NCBI RefSeq assembly: GCF_009914755.1
Contig: NC_060925.1
DNA: 64,000 bases
Strand: one strand, 5' to 3'
From: the human T2T-CHM13v2.0 reference genome, Homo sapiens
Made by a program: the position numbers and the translations under genes. Position 1 is the first letter of the stretch, and the number at the start of each line of letters is the position of its first letter. Below, one piece after another: positions 1 to 13,400 of this stretch. The notes below the pieces were generated by a model. It was given only the letters and a program-made list of their open reading frames with translations. It had not been told where the DNA came from and did not search any database.

Positions 1-3000
1 AAAAAATGCTGAAAACTCAAAAAGCCAGAGTGTCTCTTCTCCTCCAAATGATTGTAACACCTCTCCAGCAGGGCACACAACTGGGCTCAGGCTGAGAAGG
101 ATGAACTGACAGAAGTAGGCTTCAGAAGGTGGGTAATAATGAACTTTGCCGAGCTAAAGGAGTATGTTCTAACTCAATGCAAAGAACCTAAGAATCAGGA
201 TAAAACATTACAGGAGCTATTCATCAGAATAACCAGCTTAGAGAGGAACATAAATGACTTGATGGAACTGAAAAACACAACATGAAAACATCACAATGCA
301 ATCATAAGTATCAATAGCCGAATAGACCAAGTGGAGGAAAGAATTTAAGAGATTGAAGACTATCTTGCTGAAATAAAATAGGCAGACAAGATTAGAGAAA
401 AAGGAATGAAAAGGAACAAACAAAATCTCTGAGAATTATGGGATTATGTAAAGAGACCGAACCTACAACTGATTATGGTACCTGAAAGAGACAGGTGAAT
501 GAAACAAAGTTGGAAAACATACTTCACGATATCATCCAGGAGACTTCCCCAACCTAGCAAGACAGGCCAACATTCAAACTCAAGAAATACAAAGAACCCA
601 GTAAGATACTCCATGAGAGGATCAACCACAAGACACATAATTATTAGATTCTTCAAGGTCAAAATGAAGGAAAAAATGTTAAGGGCAGCCAGAGAGAAAG
701 GCCAAGTCACCTACAAAGGGAAGCCCATCAGAATAACATCAGGCCTCTCAGCAGAAACTTTACAAGCCAGAAGAGATTGGGGGTCAATATTCAACATTCT
801 TAAAGAAAAGAATTTTCAACCCAGAATCTCATATCTGGCCAAATGAAGCTTCATAAGCAAAGGAGAAATAAAATATTTTTCAGACAATCAAATGCTGAGG
901 GAATTCATCCACCACCAGGCTTGACTTGCAAGAGCTCCTGAAGGAAGCACTAAATATGGAAAGGAAAAGCCATTATCAGCCACTACAAAACATACTGAAG
1001 TACACAATGAAGACCAATGAAACTGTGAAGCAACTACATCAATAAGTCTGCAAAATAACTAGCTAGTATCATGATGACAGGATCAAATTCACACATAACA
1101 ATACTAACTTTAAATATAAATGTGCTAAGTGCCCCATTTAAAAGACACAGAATGGCAAGCTGGGTAAATTGTGAAGACCCATTGGTGTGCTGTATTCAAG
1201 AGACTCATCTCACATGCAAACACACACATAGGTTCAAAATAAAGGGATAGAGGAAAATCTACCAGGCAAATGGAAACCAGAAAAAAGCAGGGATTGCAAT
1301 CCTAGTTTCTGACAAAATAGACTTTAAAGCAATAAAGACCAAAAAAGACAAAGAAAGGCATGGTAAAGGGTTCAATTCAACAAGAAGAACTAACTATCCT
1401 AAATATGTATGCACCCAATACAAAAGCAGATTCCTAAAATAAGCTCTTAGAGACATACAAGGAGATGTAGACTCCCACACAATAATAGCGGGAGACTTTA
1501 ACATCCACTGTCAATATTAGGCAGATCATTCAGACAGAAAATTAACAAAGATATTCAGGACTTGAACTCAGCTCTAGATCAAGTGGACCTGATAGACCTC
1601 TACAAAACTCTCCACCCTACAACAACAGAATATTCATTCTATGCATTGCCACATGGAACTTACTCTAAAATTGATCACATAATTGGAAGTAAAACACTCC
1701 TCATCAAATACAAAAGAACTGAAATCACAACAAACAGTCTCTCAGACCACAGCATAATCAAATTAGAACTCAAGACAAAGAAACTCACTCAAAATCACAT
1801 AGCTACATAGAAATTGAACAACCTGCTCCTGCATGACTCCTGGTTAAATAATGAAATTAAGGCAGAAAGCAAGAAGTTCTTTGAAACCAATGAGAACAAA
1901 GAGACAATGTATCAGAATCTCTGGATGCAGCTAAAGCAGCTGTTAAGAGGGAAATTTAGAGCACTAAATGCCCACATCAAAAACCTAGAAAGATCTCAAA
2001 TTGAAATGCTAACATTAAAACTAAAAGAACTGGAGAACCAAGAGCAAACAAACTCCAAAGCTGGCAGAAGACAAGAAATAACCAAGATCAAAGCAGAACT
2101 GAAGGAGATAGATAAAAGAAGAATGCTTCAAAAAAATCAAGGAGTCCAGAATCTGGTTTTTTGAAAAACTAATAATATAGATAGACTGCTAGTTAGCTAG
2201 ACTAACAAAGAAGAAAAGAGAGAAGAATCAAATGGACACAATAAAAAATGTTAAAAGAGGATATCACTACTGACCCCACAGAAATAAAAACAATCATCAG
2301 AGAATACTATAAACACCTCTATGCACATAACCTAGAAAATCTAGAAGAAATGGATAAATTCCTGGACACATACACCCTCCCAAGACTGAACCAGGAGGAA
2401 GCTGAATCCCTGAATAGACCAATAACAAATTCTGAAATTGAGACAGTAATAAATAGTCTAAAAGAAAAAGCCCAGGACCAGAAGGATTTACAGCTGAATT
2501 CTACTAGAGGTACAAAGAGGACCTGGCACCATTTCTTCTGAAACTATTCCAAACAATTGAAAAGGAGGGACCCTTCCCTAATTCATTTTATGAGGCCAGT
2601 ATCATCCTGATACCAAAACCTGGCAGAGATACAACAAAAAAGAAAGCTTCAGGCCAATATCCTGATGAACACTGATGCAAAAATTCTCAATAAAATACTG
2701 GCAAACCAAATATAGCGGCACATCAAAAAGCTTATCCACCCTGATCGAGTTGGCTTTATTCCTGGGATGCAAGGCTGGTTCAACATATGCAAATCAATAA
2801 ATGTAATTCATCTCATAAACAGATCTAAAGACAAAAACCACAGATTATCTTAATAGACACAGAAAAGGCCTTCTATAAAATTCAACATCCCTTCATGTTA
2901 AACACTCTCAATAAACCAGGTATTGATGGAACATATCTTAAAACAATAAGAGACATTTATGACAAACCAACAACCAATATTATACTGAATGGGCAAAACT

Positions 3001-5110
3001 GGAAGCATTTCTTGTGAAAACCAGCATAAGACAAGGATGCCCTCTCTCACCACTCCTATTCAGCATAGTATTAGAAGTTCTGACCAGGGCAATCAGGCAA
3101 GAGAAAGAAATAAAGCATATTCACACAGGAAGAGAGGAAGTCAAATTATCTTTGTTTGCAGATGACACGATCCTATATCTAGAAAACCCCATCATCTCAG
3201 CCCAAAAGCTTCTTAAGCTCACATGCAACTTCAGCAAGATCTCAGGAAACAAAATCAATGCAGAAGTTACAAGCATTCTTATACAACACACACAGGCAAG
3301 CAGAGAACCAAATCATGAATGAACTCCCATTCACAATTGTTACAAAGAGAATAAAATACTTAGGAATACAGCTAACAAAGGAAGTGAAGGAACCTCTTCA
3401 AAAAGAACTACAAACCACTGCTCAAGGAAACCAGAGAGGACACAAACAAATGGAAAAATATTCTGTGCTCATGGATAGGAAGAATCAACATCATGAAAAT
3501 GACCATACTGCCCGAAGTAATTAATAGATTCACTACTATTCCCATTAAACTATCATTGACATTTTTCACAAAATTAGAAAAAACTATTTTAAAATTTATA
3601 TGGAACCAAAAAAGGGCTCATATAGCCAAGACAATCCTAAGCAAAAGGAACAAAGCTGGAGGCATCATGCTACTGGACTTCAAACAATACTATAAGGCAG
3701 CAATAACCAAAACAGCACGGTACATGGTACTGGTACAAAACAGACACATAGACCAATGGAACAGAATAGAGAACCCATAAATAAGACTGCACATCTACCA
3801 CTATCTGATCTTCAAAAAACGTGACAAAAACAAGCAATGGGGAAAGGATTCACTATTTAATAACTGGTGCTGGGAGAACTGGCTATCCATATGCAGAAAA
3901 TTGAAACTGGACCCCTCCCTCACACCTTATACAAAAATTAACTCAAGATAGATTAAAGACTTAAATGTAAAACTCAAAACTATGAAAACCCTAGAATACA
4001 ATCTAGGCAATGCCATTCAGGACATAGGCATGGGCAAAGATTTCATTATGAAATCACTGAAAGCAATTGCAACAAAAGCAAAAATTGACAAATGGGATCT
4101 AGTTAAACTGAAGAGCTTCTGCATAGCAGAAGAAACTATTATCAGAGCCAAGAGGCAACCTACAGAGTGGGAGAAAATTTTTGCAATCTATTCATCTGTT
4201 AAAGGTCTAATATCCAGATTCTACAAGGAACTCAAACAAATTTACAAGAAAAAAATCAAACAACCCCATTAAAAGGCGAGCAAAGGACATTAACAGACAC
4301 TTCTCAAAAGAAGACATTCATGCAGCCAACAAACATGAAAAAAAGCTCAACATCACTGATCATTAGAAAAATACAATTGAAAACCACAATAAATTACCAT
4401 CTCATGACAGAATAGTGATTATGAAAAAGTCAAGAAACAACAGATGCTTGTGAGGTTCTGGAGAAATAGGAACACTTTTACACTGTTGGGAATGTAAATT
4501 AGTTCAACCATTGTGGAAGACAGTGTGGCAAATCCTCAAAGATCTAGAACCAGAAATACCATTTGACCCAGCAATCCCATTTCTGGGTATATACCCAAAG
4601 GAATATAAATCGCTCTGTTACAAAGATATATGCATGCATATGTTCATTGCAGCACTATTCACAATAGCAAAGGCCTGGAATCAACCAAAATGCCCATCAA
4701 TGACAGATGAGATAAAGAAAATGTGGAACATATACACCATGGAATACTATGCAGCCATCAAAAGGAATGAGATCATGTCCTTTGCAGGAATGTGGATGAA
4801 GCTGGAAGCCATTATCCTCAGCAAACTCATACAAGAACAGAAAACCAAACACTGCATGTTCTCACTTGTAAGTGGGAGCTGAACAGTGAGAACACATGGA
4901 CACAGGGAGGGAAACAACATGCACTGGGGCCTCTTGGGGAGTGGGGTTGGGGGAGGGAGAGCATTAAGAAAAATAGATAATGCATGCTGGGCTTAATACC
5001 TAGGTGATGCGTTGGTAGGTGCAGCAAACCACCAGGGCACAGGTTTACCTATGTAACAAACCTGCACATACTGCACATGTACCCAGAACTAAAAATAAAA
5101 ATTAAAAGAA
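1..5110 (+). mobile_element. Decayed LINE-1 (older L1PA-type), ORF1 to 3'UTR, 5' end outside the window; in SLAMF6 intron 1, antisense to the gene
   Basis: ORF fragments translate to L1 ORF1p (499-846) and ORF2p EN/RT/C-terminal pieces (1562-4882), broken by many stops and frameshifts. L1 3'UTR and A-rich tail at ~5090-5110. Confidence 0.95.
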
Positions 5111-5194
5111 AGAAATGTATTAATTAGTTCCCCCAACAAATATTTTCTGAATATCTGTAACTATGAATTCCATTAAACTTACTCTTCAGGTGTT

Positions 5195-6035
5195 AAAAAA
5201 AAAAAGAAGACATTTATGTGGCCAAGAAACATGGAAAAAAGCTCAACATCACTGGTCATTAGAGAAATGCACATCAAAACCACAATGGGATACCATCTCA
5301 CACAGGTCAGAATGGCAATTATTTAGAAGTCAAGAAAAAACAGATGCTGGCAAGGCTGTGGAGAAATAGAAACTCTTTTACACTGTTGGTGGGAATGTAA
5401 ATTAGTTCAACTATTCTGGAAGACAATGCGGGGACTCCTCAAAGACCTAGAGGCAGAAAGACAATTTGACCCAGCAATCCCATTACTGGGTATATACCCA
5501 AAAGAATATAAATCATTGTTATAAAGATATGTGTATGTGCATGTTCATTGCACGTGTATCTTCATTGCAGCACTATTCATAATAGCAAAGACATGAAATC
5601 AACCCAAATGCCCATCAATGATAGACCGGATAAAGAAAATGTGGTACGTATACACCACAGAATACTATGCAGCCATAAAAAGGAATGAAATCATGTCCTT
5701 TGCAGGGACATGGATGAAGCCAGAAGCCATTATTCTCAGCAAACTAATGCAGGAACAGAAAGCCAAACACCGCATGTTCTTTAAGTGGGAGCTGAACAAT
5801 GAGAACACATGGACACAAGAAGGGGAATGACACACACTGGGGCCTGTCGGGGGTGGGGCAGGGGGGAGAGAGAGCATCAGGAAAAATAGCTAATGTATGC
5901 AGGGCTTAATACTTAGGTGAGGTTGATAGGTGCAGCAAACCACCAGGGCACATGTTTACCTATGTAACAAACTTGCATATCCTGCACGTGTATCCTGGAA
6001 CTTAAAATAAAATGATAAAAAAGAAAAAAGATAAA
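5195..6035 (+). mobile_element. 3' part of a second L1PA (end of ORF2, 3'UTR, A-tail)
   Basis: Starts at AAAAGAAGACATTTATG, repeats the same L1 3' sequence seen at ~4306-5100, and ends in an A-rich tail at ~6004-6035. Confidence 0.9.
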
Positions 6036-7035
6036 AATAGGTAAATTGTGCTTCATCAAAATTAAAGACTTTTGTGCATCAAAGAACATTATTAAGAAAG
6101 TGAAAAGACAACCTACAGAATGGGAGAAAATATTTTCAGGTCATGTATTAAAGGTCTGGTTCCAAGAATGTATAAACAACTCTTATAACTCAATAGCAAA
6201 AAGACAAATAATTCAACTAAAATGGGCAAAGGACTTGAATAGACATTTCTCCAAAGAGGATATACAAATGGCCAATAAACACTTAAAAAGATACTCAAAA
6301 TCATTTGTCATTGGGAAAATGTAAATCAAAACCACAATAATATACCACTTCACACCTATTAGGATGGTGATAATAATCTTTTTAAAAAGGAAAAAAACAA
6401 GTGTTGATGAGGATGTGGAGAAATTATAACTCTTGTACACAGCTAGTGGAAATGTAAAATGGTACAGCCATTGTGGAAAACAGTTTGGCAATTTCCCAAA
6501 AAGTTAAGCATAGAATTATATGATCTGACAAATCCATTCCTAGGTATATACCCAGATAAAAACAGGTAGTCAAATACTTGTACACATAGCAGCACTATTC
6601 GCAAGAGCCAAAAGGCAAAAACAACCCAGGTGTCCACTGATAGATAAATGGATAAATAAAATGTAGTATATACAGAATACAAAATACTATTCAGCCAAAA
6701 AGGAATGAAGTACTGATACATGGTTCAGCATAGGTGAACCTGGAAAACATGATGCTAAGTGAAAGAAGTCAGACACGAAAGGTCATATATTGTGTGATTT
6801 CATTTATATGAAATTATCCAGAATAGGTAAACCCACAGAGACAGAAAGCAGATCGGTATTTGCCAGGGGCTGGGGGGGAGGGGAGAATGGGAAATGACTG
6901 CTTAGTGGGTACAGGGTTTCCTTTTGGGGTGATGAAAATGTTTTAGAATAATAGAAGTGGTGGTTTCACAAAATGTACAAAATGTCACTTTAAAATTATT
7001 ACATCCTGTTACAAGAATTTCACCTTAATAAAAAA
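6036..7035 (+). mobile_element. Old L1M (L1MB/ME-like) 3' fragment
   Basis: ORF 6046-6324 translates to L1 ORF2 (FIKIKDFCASK...QPTEWEKIF). L1M-type 3'UTR ends ttcaccttaataaaaaa. Confidence 0.85.
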
Positions 7036-7477
7036 TGTCTGAGTGTGAACAGAGAAACAATCAAAGCTGAATCTGGGTTAAGGGACCAAAAACAGAGGCA
7101 TGAACACCTGGAGGTCACATTGGAGATTGCAGATTCTGAGAGGTGGAAAAACACGTGTCTGAGGATAATGAAAAAATATAAAACAGCTCTCTGCCTGTTG
7201 AGCACAATAAACATTTGAAAGATGTGGACGGTTGGTAAAAAGTAGATAACACTGCTCGGGGGCCATCGGGTCACAATCTCTTCACAGAAGAGCATTGCAC
7301 ATTTTGACTCAACCTCAGAATCAGCCCTCATGTGTTTGCTTTACTTACATTTCCAACCACTGCTCTCTCCTGGACCTCAGAATACCTATATCTGCTTCCT
7401 GCAAACACACTCAAAGTTAGTTTCTATTTCTTCCTCCCTACAATCCCAGTATGACTGAAGTCCATTGGAATTTAGAA

Positions 7478-7625
7478 CCTTGCTGCTTAGTGTGGTCCAT
7501 GGACAGGCAGCATTGGTGTCACCTGGGAGCCTCTTAGAAATGCAGAATCTCAGTCCCTATTCCCCAATCAGCATTTTAATAAGATTCCCCCAAGTAATTT
7601 ATATGCACATTTAAGTTTGACAAAT
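7478..7625. mobile_element. MER5A-like hAT-Charlie DNA transposon relic
   Basis: Recognised motif gtgtggtcc...cagcattggtgtcacctgggagc...ttagaaatgcagaatctcag...tatgcacatttaagtttga. Confidence 0.75.
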
Positions 7626-7939
7626 TTCCAACTTTCCATCTATAAAAATCAAAATGAAGAAACAAACGAGATTTATTTTCTCTAGGAAGTCATGATGCTT
7701 GATTTTATTTACAATTATTGTTTTGTTCTGTTAGTTTTGCCACCCAGGGCTTGAGTTAAAGGAAATGGGATTATTTTTCAATATGGTTTGTCTTTTCCAC
7801 TAAATTTTCTAAAAGGAGTCAGGATAGTGCCCAACCCACTTCAAAGAATGTAGGCTGGCATGAGTCATTGTTTTTCATGGTTGTTTCAAAGATTAATTTC
7901 ATTTGCCCCACATTTTTGCAACAGTGGTCTTCTTTCCCT

Positions 7940-9930
7940 TCCTAAATCACTCCAGGCTCTTTCCTGCATCACGGCTTTTCACACATGATTCCCTCTGCCC
8001 TAAAATCTTCTTCATTTGACTTTTCCTGTTTAACTTTTCACACCCTTTAAATATCAGATGAGATGTTACTTTTCCAGGAAGTCCTTTCTTCATCACTCCG
8101 TCCAAAGCAGGTCCCCGTGTTTTTCTCTATGAAGGTGCCCTGCTTATTTTTTTTGCTGGCCTCACATTTTCTAATTATGTACACATTTGTGTGAATGTAT
8201 GACTGTGTGTAAGCTAAGTAGCATAGTGAAGTGGCTATGAGCACAGACTCCGGAGCCAAGCTTCCTGATTTCCAATTCTAGCAGCCACTTCTCTCCTCCT
8301 GGGTCTCAGAACACCTGCATCTGCCTCCTGTAAACTCATTCAAATGTGTTTCTCTTTCTATACCCATTTCCCCCATAAATGTGGGGCAGTGAGCAAGTTA
8401 CTTTAGTGTTCTGTGCCTTCTTTCCCCATCTGTGAAGTGGAGATTGGAGCACTGTATATTTCATAGGGTCATTATAAGAAGTATTCATGGAAATAGGGAG
8501 AAGAAGAGGAGTTTTAACACAAGGACATTCAGAATATTTTATTCTAGAGGTGGAAATAATTTTGCAGGGTGGTAAAAATGAAGCAAAAACTCAAGATTCT
8601 GCTCCTAGATCAGGAAGTGGCTCTTGAATGAAGGAAAGAATTCTCTCTCTTTCTGCATTTTATATATATTTCCCAAAGTTCTGTTCTCATTCCAGTTTTC
8701 TCCTCAGCTTAACATATCTCTATGCCATTGATTTTTAAGTCTCTAGCCTCAGCTCTACCCCTAGTCCTAAGTTCCCAGGATCCTCCACGTAACTTCCTCA
8801 TGTATAGCACACTGACATCCTAAAATCAGTAGGTCCAAAATTGAACTCACCTTCCTCCTGTGGCTGCTCTCCACCTTCCAATTTTGTCACTTTCTTTGGC
8901 TATCCTGTCTGAAATTTCACTGCCGTCTTTACCATATTTCATCTCTCCCTTTCCTTCTTGATTTATTTCTTCCTACCCAATACACTATTTTACTTGTTTA
9001 TCTTTTTTTACAGTTTGTCTCCTGCTAAAATGTTAACTCCATGAGGGCAGGAATTTTTGCTTGCTTTGTTCATGATGTATTCATGCAAACTAGAAGAGTG
9101 CCAAGCATTCAGTAGGTGCTCAATGAATATTTATTCCTTTCTCATTCCAATTACCAATTACTCTACTTAACTCCATATTGATGGGATCTCTTGCTTCAGT
9201 CTCTTCTTTCTCTTATGCTGCTGCCACACTTGTTGAACTGTTATTTTTTCTCATAACTATTACAAGAGCTTGTCGCATGCTGGCTAATGAAATTTGGGCA
9301 AATTATTTAAATTAAGTTCACCTCAGTTCTTCATTTTAAAATGGAGATAATAATAGTATAAATTCATAGAATTCTCATGAGACTCATAACGTGTGTACAG
9401 CACCTGGCACAATACTTGAAATACAATAAGTGCTCAGTGAATGCTTCCTACTTTTATCTGCTACCCTGGGCTAGCTCTGGACTAGATTTCCATTGGTCTC
9501 CTGGACTATCTCTGCCTGAATGCTACACTTTGTCTCCCGTGGACCACTTGTAGTTCCCCAAATATGATATGAATCTTCATCTTCTCCATATAATGGACAG
9601 CAGGAAACAAGAAGCCAGCTGGATCAGTTCATTCTTTTCTCACTGCCATATATAATGCATTGCTGGACTAGCTAGCCCTAATTTGCACTAAAGGAGGGGA
9701 GAGATGGAAACCTTTTTTTTTTGCAATGAGCAAAAGGTGAGAGGGTTATTTTTGGTGTGTTTGGTTGGGCCCAGAAAATTTGGCTCAACTGAATAATAGG
9801 TTTTTAATATTTTAGATGAGGATAGTGAGGTTCAGGAAGGATAAGTAACCTCCCTGAGGTTCACAGTACGATAGTAGATACATTGGTATGAGGGCCCATT
9901 TTCTTGGTCTTGGTACTCTTTATAACACAA
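7940..9930. mobile_element. Patchwork of L2 and MIR fragments
   Basis: L2 3'-end motif ctccatgagggcagg...agtaggtgctcaatgaatattt (~9037-9135). MIR core motifs at ~8390-8480, 9295-9450 and 9810-9870. Confidence 0.6.
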
Positions 9931-10228
9931 GATGCTGGTCATAAACCACAAACAGTCTTGTCTTCAAAAGCTTATTTCCTCTGCCCCAGCAAATAACTTT
10001 CTTACATGCAGACACAATTGAAATTGTTCACCGACAACCATCTCAGGCTTATCGCATCCAAAGTTGAGAGGAGGTAGTAGTATATCAGGTAACACTGCCA
10101 GCGTCCCCTTTCCCGCCCCAATCCCTTGGCAGAGAGCCAGACAACTGTATACAGACGATTTAGGTTGAGCAAGCTGCACAAAACCAGGGAGTCACTCAGT
10201 GACTACACCGATCTGGATTGACATTTAC

Positions 10229-10277
10229 CTGGGCCAAAGCAGAAGACAAACAGGAGCGATTGGAACAGCCACAACAT
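10229..10277 (-). CDS. SLAMF6: SLAMF6 (NTB-A/CD352) first coding exon, signal peptide
   Basis: Minus strand reads ATG TTG TGG CTG TTC CAA TCG CTC CTG TTT GTC TTC TGC TTT GGC CCA G|gtaaat = MLWLFQSLLFVFCFGP(G), matching the recalled SLAMF6 N-terminus. It is a 49-nt phase-1 exon with a canonical GT donor at 10228-10227, and the position downstream of CD84 fits the known gene order. Too short for the ORF track. Confidence 0.96.
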
Positions 10278-10462
10278 GCTTTCCGCGGTGAAGACTGGTG
10301 CTTGAGACCTTGAGGCAGTCAATGTTTTTGCCCTTCTGTCATAAACTGAAAATACTTCTGAGACTTCCCCTTCCTCTTAGAGGCGTGGTGACAACTTCTT
10401 CCCCTGCACTAAAAATCCTAATTTGTAACTGTGTTAATTTTTTGTTTACTTTTTTCTGAGCT
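10278..10462 (-). promoter_or_regulatory. SLAMF6: SLAMF6 5'UTR and proximal promoter with tandem ETS/PU.1-type cores
   Basis: Unique sequence between the ATG and the L1 TSD. Minus strand AAGAGGAAGGGGAAGT (~10363-10378) and GGGGAAGAAGT (~10394-10404). The exact TSS cannot be fixed from sequence alone. Confidence 0.65.
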
Positions 10463-10473
10463 AAGTGCACAAA

Positions 10474-13400
10474 TTTTTTTTTTTTTTGGAAAAGAAGATA
10501 AAGTCCTTTATTGCATCTTTCATAAACTTATATGTAAAAGTCTGTAAGGAATTTCCTAAAATCTACTAGAACAAATAAATGAGTTCAGCAAGGTGAAAAG
10601 ATACAAAATCAAAATATAAAATTCAATTGCAATTGTATATACTAGCTATGAGTAATCCAAAAATAAAATTCAAAAAACAATTCCACTCTAATTACATTAG
10701 AAAAAAATATTTAAGTATAAAGCTAAGAAAAAGCCAAAAGAAAACTGATTTTTTAAAATTATACTTTAAGTTCTAGGGTACATGTGCACAATGTGCAGGT
10801 TTGTTACATATGTATACATATGCCATGTTGGTGTGCTGCACCTATTAACTTGTCATCTACATTAGATATTTCTCCTAATGCTATCCCTCCCCTTGCCCCC
10901 CACCCCGTGACATACCCCAGTGTATGATGTTCCCCTACCTGTGTCCATGTGTTCTCATTGTTCAGTTCCCACCTATGAGTGAGAACATGCGTTGTTTGGC
11001 TTTCTGTTCTTGTGTTAGTTTGCTGAGAATGATGGTTTCCAGCTTCATCCATGTCCCTGCAAAGGACATGAACTCATCCTTTTTTATGGCTGCATGGTAT
11101 TCCATGGTATATATATGCCACATTTTCTTTATCCAGTGTATCATTGATGGGCATTTGGGTTGGTTCCAAGTCTTTGCTATTGTGAACAGTGCTGCAATAA
11201 ACATAAGTGTGCATGTGTCTTTATAGCAGCATGATTTATAATCCTTTGGGTATATAACCAGTAATGGGATTGCTGGGTCAAATGGTATTTCTAGTTCTAG
11301 ATCCTTGAGGAATCGCCACACTGTATTCCACAATGGTTGAACTAGTTTACACTCCCACCAACAGTGTGAAAACATTCCCATTTCTCTACATCCTCTCCAG
11401 CATCTGTTGTTTCCTGATTTTTTAATGATTGCCATTCTAACTGGCATGAGATGGTATCTCATTGTAGTTTTGATTTGCATTTCTCTAATGACCAGTGATG
11501 ATGAGCTTTTTTCATATGTTTCTTGGCCGCATAAATGTCTTCTTTTGAGAAGTGTCTTCATATCCTTTGCCCACTTTTTGTTGGGGTTTTTTTTTTTTTC
11601 TTGTAAATTTGTTTGAGTTCTTTGTAGATTCTGGATATTAGCCTTTTGTCAAATGGATAGACTGCAAAAATTTTCTCCCATTCTGTAGGTTCCCTGTTCA
11701 CTCTGATGATAGTTTCTTTTGCTGTGCAGAAGCTCTTTAGTTTAATTAGGTCCCATTTGTCAATTTTGGCTTTTGTTGCCATTGATTTTGATGTTTTAGT
11801 ATTGAAGTCTTTGCCCATGCCTTTGTCCTGAATGGTATTGCCTAGGTTTTCTTCTGGGGTTTTTGTGGTTTTAGGTCTAACATTTAAGTCTTTAATCCAT
11901 CTTGAGTTAATTTTTGTGTAAGGTATAAGGAAGGGAACCAGTTTCAGTTTTCTGCATAATTGCTAGCCAGTTTTCCCAACACCATTTATTAAATAGGGAA
12001 TCCTTTCCCCATTGCTTGTTTTTGTTAGGTTTGTCAAAGATCAGATGGTTGTAGATGTGTGATGTTATTTCTGAGGCCTCTGTTCTGCTCCATTGGTCTA
12101 TATATCTGTTTTGGTACCAGTACCATGCTGTTTTGGTTACTGCAGCCTTGTAGTATAGTTTGAAGTCAGTTAGCGTGCTGCCTCCAGCTTTGTTCTTTTG
12201 GCTTACAATTGTCTTGGCTATATGGGCTCGTTTTTGGTTCTGTATGAAATTTAAAGTAGTTTTTTCTAATTCTGTGAAGAAAGTCAATAGTAGTTTGATG
12301 GAAATAGCATTGAACCTATAAATTACTTTGGGCAATATGGCCATTTTCATGATATTGATTCTTCCTATCTATGAGCATGGAATGGTTTTCCATTTGTTTG
12401 TGTACTTTCTTATTTCCTTGAGCAGTGGTTTGTAGTTCTCCTTGAAGAGGTCCTTCACATCCCTTGTAAGTTGTATTCCTAGGTATTATATTCTCTTTGT
12501 AGCAATTGTGAATGGCAGTTCACTCACGACTTGGCTCTCTGTTTGTCTATTTTTGGTGTATAGGAATGCTTGTGATTTTTGCACATTGATTTTGTATCCT
12601 GAGACTGCTGAAGCTGCTTATCAGCTTAAGGAGATTTTGGGCTAAGACAATGGAGTTTTCTAAATATACAATCATGTCATCTGCAAACAGAGACTATTTG
12701 ATTTCCTCTCTTCTTATCTGAATACCCTTTACTTCTTTCTCTTGCCTGATTGCCCTGGTCAGAACTTTCAATATTATGTTGAATAGGAGTGGTGAGAGAG
12801 GGCATCCTTGTGCTAGTTTTCAAAGGGAATGCTTCCAGCTTTTGCCCATTCAGTATGATAATGGCTGTGGGTTTGTCATAAATAGCTCTCATTATTTTGA
12901 GATATGTTCCATCAGTACCTAGTTTATTAAGAGTTTTTAACATGAAGGGATGTTGAATTTTATCAAAGGCCTTTTCTACATCTATTGAGATAATCATGTG
13001 GTTTTTGTCATTGGTTCTGTTTATGTGATGAATTACATTTATTGATTTGCATATGTTGAACCAACCTTGCATACCAGGGATGAAGCCAACTTGATTGTGG
13101 TGGATAAGCTTTTTTTTTTTTTTTTTTTGAGGTGGAGTCTTGCTCTGTCGCCCAGGCCAGAGTGCAGTGGAACAATCTTGGCTCACTGCAAGTTCCGCCT
13201 CCTGGGTTCATGCCATTCTCCTGCCTCAGCCTCCTGAGTAGCTGGGACTGCAGGTGCCCGCTACCACGCCCAGCTAATTTTTCTGTATTTTTAGTACAGA
13301 CAGAGTTTCACTGTGTTAGCCAGGATGGTCTCGATCTCCTGACCTCATGATCCACCCACCTCAGCCTCCCAAAGTGCTGGGATTACAGGCACGAGCCACC

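Noticed and set aside
4300-6030. Apparent tandem duplication of an L1 3' end
   Set aside because: The two copies differ at many positions and are separated by a polyadenylated unique segment; nested independent insertions explain this better.
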